From assembly GCA_012026655.1 (NCBI GenBank), contig JAAILG010001153.1:1-64000 (forward strand): a DNA stretch of 64,000 nt, read 5' to 3'. This stretch comes from Hydrolagus affinis (taxonomy: Eukaryota). This document shows, piece after piece, positions 61,172 to 64,000 of this stretch (position 1 is its first letter; every line of letters starts with the position of its first letter). The notes under the pieces are model-generated. The model saw nothing but the letters and a program-made list of their open reading frames with translations, was not told the origin of the DNA and searched no databases. A program made the translations under genes and the position numbers.

Positions 61172-63434
61172 TGCTACTAATCCATTGCATATACGTCTGC
61201 ATGCAAGTCAGATGTTTGATCCATGCAAATTATTGACTTATTGCATCGGTCACAGTAAACATACAAAATGACATCTGAAAAATCAACATGAGAGCTGGCG
61301 ACTCAGCAAGATTAAACATTTACTTTGCTGATAGAATCATTCACTGAAACCAAAGCAATGTTCTCAGAGACATAGAGAGCGAGCTTTAAAGTTGGGCTGG
61401 TACCTTTCAAAGTACTAATAGTATTCACTAATATGCCAGACAAATGTGTCAGGTTTCTGAGTTTTTCAGTGGTCTCATCAAACCATTTGAATGCAAATAA
61501 GAACATATGCCACAATCCTAGCGGAATCACACAGATCACTGAGGAATCTCCTGACTAGGCCAAGTACCAGAGTTCATCTTCACAGATCAAAGTGTAAGGC
61601 ATGACACCAACTTCCACTCAAACAATAGGGTAAGCAACAGTATTCAAATATCATTGTAAAGTTCATAACTCCTCAAGACACCTTTCAACGCTTATCTGCT
61701 GAGCTTTCGCAATCCTAAAATAATAATGTCATGAATGCTTCTACGCTTGAGCTCCTAATAAATAATTAAAGTAAATTGGATTTGCATTCAGTAATCATTT
61801 AATGGTGTTTGTGAGCAATTCAAAGGCTAATGTTCCAAAACATTTCCAAGGCCTAAAATGGGCACATCACTAAGGATTTGAGTGTGAAGCCATCACTAAT
61901 ACAGGGGTCAAAGAATCCAAGTGGGTGAGGATTCAGAGAGATTACTCACAAGACCTGGGGCAGCAGATCATATTCTTAGCAGCTGGATGATGGCATTGCG
62001 TGCACTGAATTCCACAATGCTAGCTGTAGGAGTGGCTGTGAAAGAAGACACCCACAAAATATACAGTCAGTTCACTTCACAGTATATTCTTTGAACCGAT
62101 TTGAGACATCTAGAACATGCGAAAAGCACTATATCAGATGCAGGGATTATTATTATTATTATTGAATGATCCCCGCCCACCTCACATCAAACAGCCACAG
62201 CTAAAGTAACGGGTGTGATCAATTAAAAAAAAATATGATTGCTTGAAAGTAAAGGATTCCTTTGGCCTGGAAAAATGTAGATTCTGCACCTCGTCAGCAT
62301 ATCAGTGCGGCAAAACAAATATTTGAATACAAAAATGGTAGAAGCCCTACTGAGAGGCTTATGTCTATGATAACATTCACTTTGGCCTCAAGAGAGAATC
62401 AAAGCTGATCCAAGACTGAAAGAAAAATATTATTTTCAAGAAATGGTGCTGGCATTTATTCTGACATGGCATGCACCTTATATTAGTAGAAGCCTAGATT
62501 TGTGAAACAATGGAATTGCACAGAAGGTAATTTTTCCCAGTGTCCTTGCCAACAACCCCCCAATAAACTTAGTCATTCACTTCATGGCATTTTGTGGGGA
62601 CATGCTGTGCACAAATTGGCTGCTGCCCGCAAAACACACAGTTACAACACTTTACAATAAATCTTGCAAAGTTTTTGAGACATCATCACGATGTGAAAGG
62701 TGCTATATCAAATGTCGGGACTATTAGCAGTAGTATTAGTATTATTGCTCTATATCCTTTATACACAGGGAATGCTGACAAGACGAGAAATTGATAGAAT
62801 AGATAATTACCTGATTCAGTCTTGTCTCATTTTCAGTATTCATTATTTTAATCCTCTCCCCAGCTAAATTTGCAAATTATCCCAGGAATTTTATTTGAAT
62901 AACTCTAAACTGCAATACAAATCCAGCTGCATAGGGCTTCCTCATATATCACAGTATCTATCAAATGTTGTGTTGCACAAAGCAACTCAGAAAATATAAA
63001 TAGCATCTGGATAGAGGGTTTCCATGACATCTAATGCTGTCTTTATTACCAGAATGAACCTCTTTAATACAAATTTGTGCTCTGCATCTGTCTGTCTTTC
63101 ATTCCCTGTCACTTTCTCTGTCTCTCACACACACTAATGGAGATAATCATCTGTCCAGAGCTGCAATTTGTCATTTCTTTCTGGTTTTTGGCAGCTTTCT
63201 AAACAGTAATGAACAAATCGTTGCAGAATTGTAATACATGATATAGATGGTTCATGATATTGGCTGGAATTTTCGTAGTCAATGGAGGCAACGTCTCCCG
63301 AACCCCTCCCCCCATCCCAAATATGATGACGCAGCCCCCAACTCTTCCCACCCCACAGAAAATAAATTATGTTGCAGGGGCTATCCCAAATCTCGTCATG
63401 TACTTCCAGGTGTCATCTTAACCCAGTTGGTGTG

Positions 63435-63862
63435 TGTCACAGCCTGGCTTGAGTGACAGTACTTTTTTTTGCCTCTGGAATCAAAAGGTTCAACTCTCCA
63501 ACATTGAGCTGATAGTCCAGACTAACACTCCAGTAAAATGGTGGAGAGTATTGCACAGTAGTAGGATCTGTCCTTTGGATGAGATGTTAATCCGAGGTAC
63601 TGTCTGTCTGCTCAGGTAGAAGTTAAAGTACTGGTGGCCCTTTCCAAAAGGGAATAGAGTTTCAGCCAATGTCTGGCCAAAATCTCCCAAATAAAATTGG
63701 CGATTCATTGTTCTTTGTGAGACATTGCTGTGTGCAAATTGGGTGCTGCAATTGTCTTACAAAATACAGTCAGTATATTGTACAATAAATTCTTGACACT
63801 CTTTGAGGCGCTTTCCCGAGATGAAAGTCACTATATCAAAGGAAAGGATGATTATTATTATT
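63435..63862 (+). mobile_element. Older DeuSINE-like copy, near full-length
   Basis: tcctttggatgagatgttaatccgagg..ctgtctgtctgctcaggt core, then gctgtgtgcaaattgggtgctgc and a tail shared with the younger SINE. Confidence 0.65.
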
Positions 63863-63894
63863 TAGTTAAAAAATTTAATATAGAACATCACAAA

Positions 63895-64000
63895 ATCATA
63901 AAAACATAGATCATACAGCACAGAAGGAGGTCCATTCAGTCCATTGTGTCTGTGCAGGCTCTTTTAAAAGAGCTGTCCAAATCAATGCTACTACCCGCTG
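63895..64000 (-). mobile_element. CR1 3' end, runs off the window
   Basis: catagatcatacagcacagaaggagg.ccattcagtccattgtgtctgtgcaggctcttt, as at 4038. Confidence 0.8.

Overview
This is vertebrate genomic DNA, most likely from a cartilaginous fish (inferred from the repeat landscape). It is almost entirely intronic sequence of a + strand RALYL (hnRNP C/RALY family) gene. Only two small coding exons are supported. One is an internal alternative first exon in a GC/CpG-rich promoter (CDS 18408-18444, MTMFKGKRRNQR). The other is a 76-nt exon (38238-38313), and the two splice in frame to give [38 protein letters not shown], an RRM-less isoform start. The rest is decayed L2 and CR1 LINE fragments, two related tRNA-derived SINE families, two Tigger/pogo-type non-autonomous DNA transposons, minisatellites, two assembly gaps, and repeat-poor stretches that may be conserved non-coding elements. 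The most notable oddities are: (1) tiny insertions of a Penelope-like family flanked by target duplications, one carrying a minimal hammerhead ribozyme core; (2) a promoter-proximal SINE with strongly AT-to-GC-shifted substitutions; (3) a fold-back Tigger element with two outward-facing transposase starts; (4) a nested retroelement stack at 49-54 kb. Most ORFs in the supplied track are spurious or LINE remnants. Repeat boundaries are approximate, and family names come from motif recognition, not database searches.
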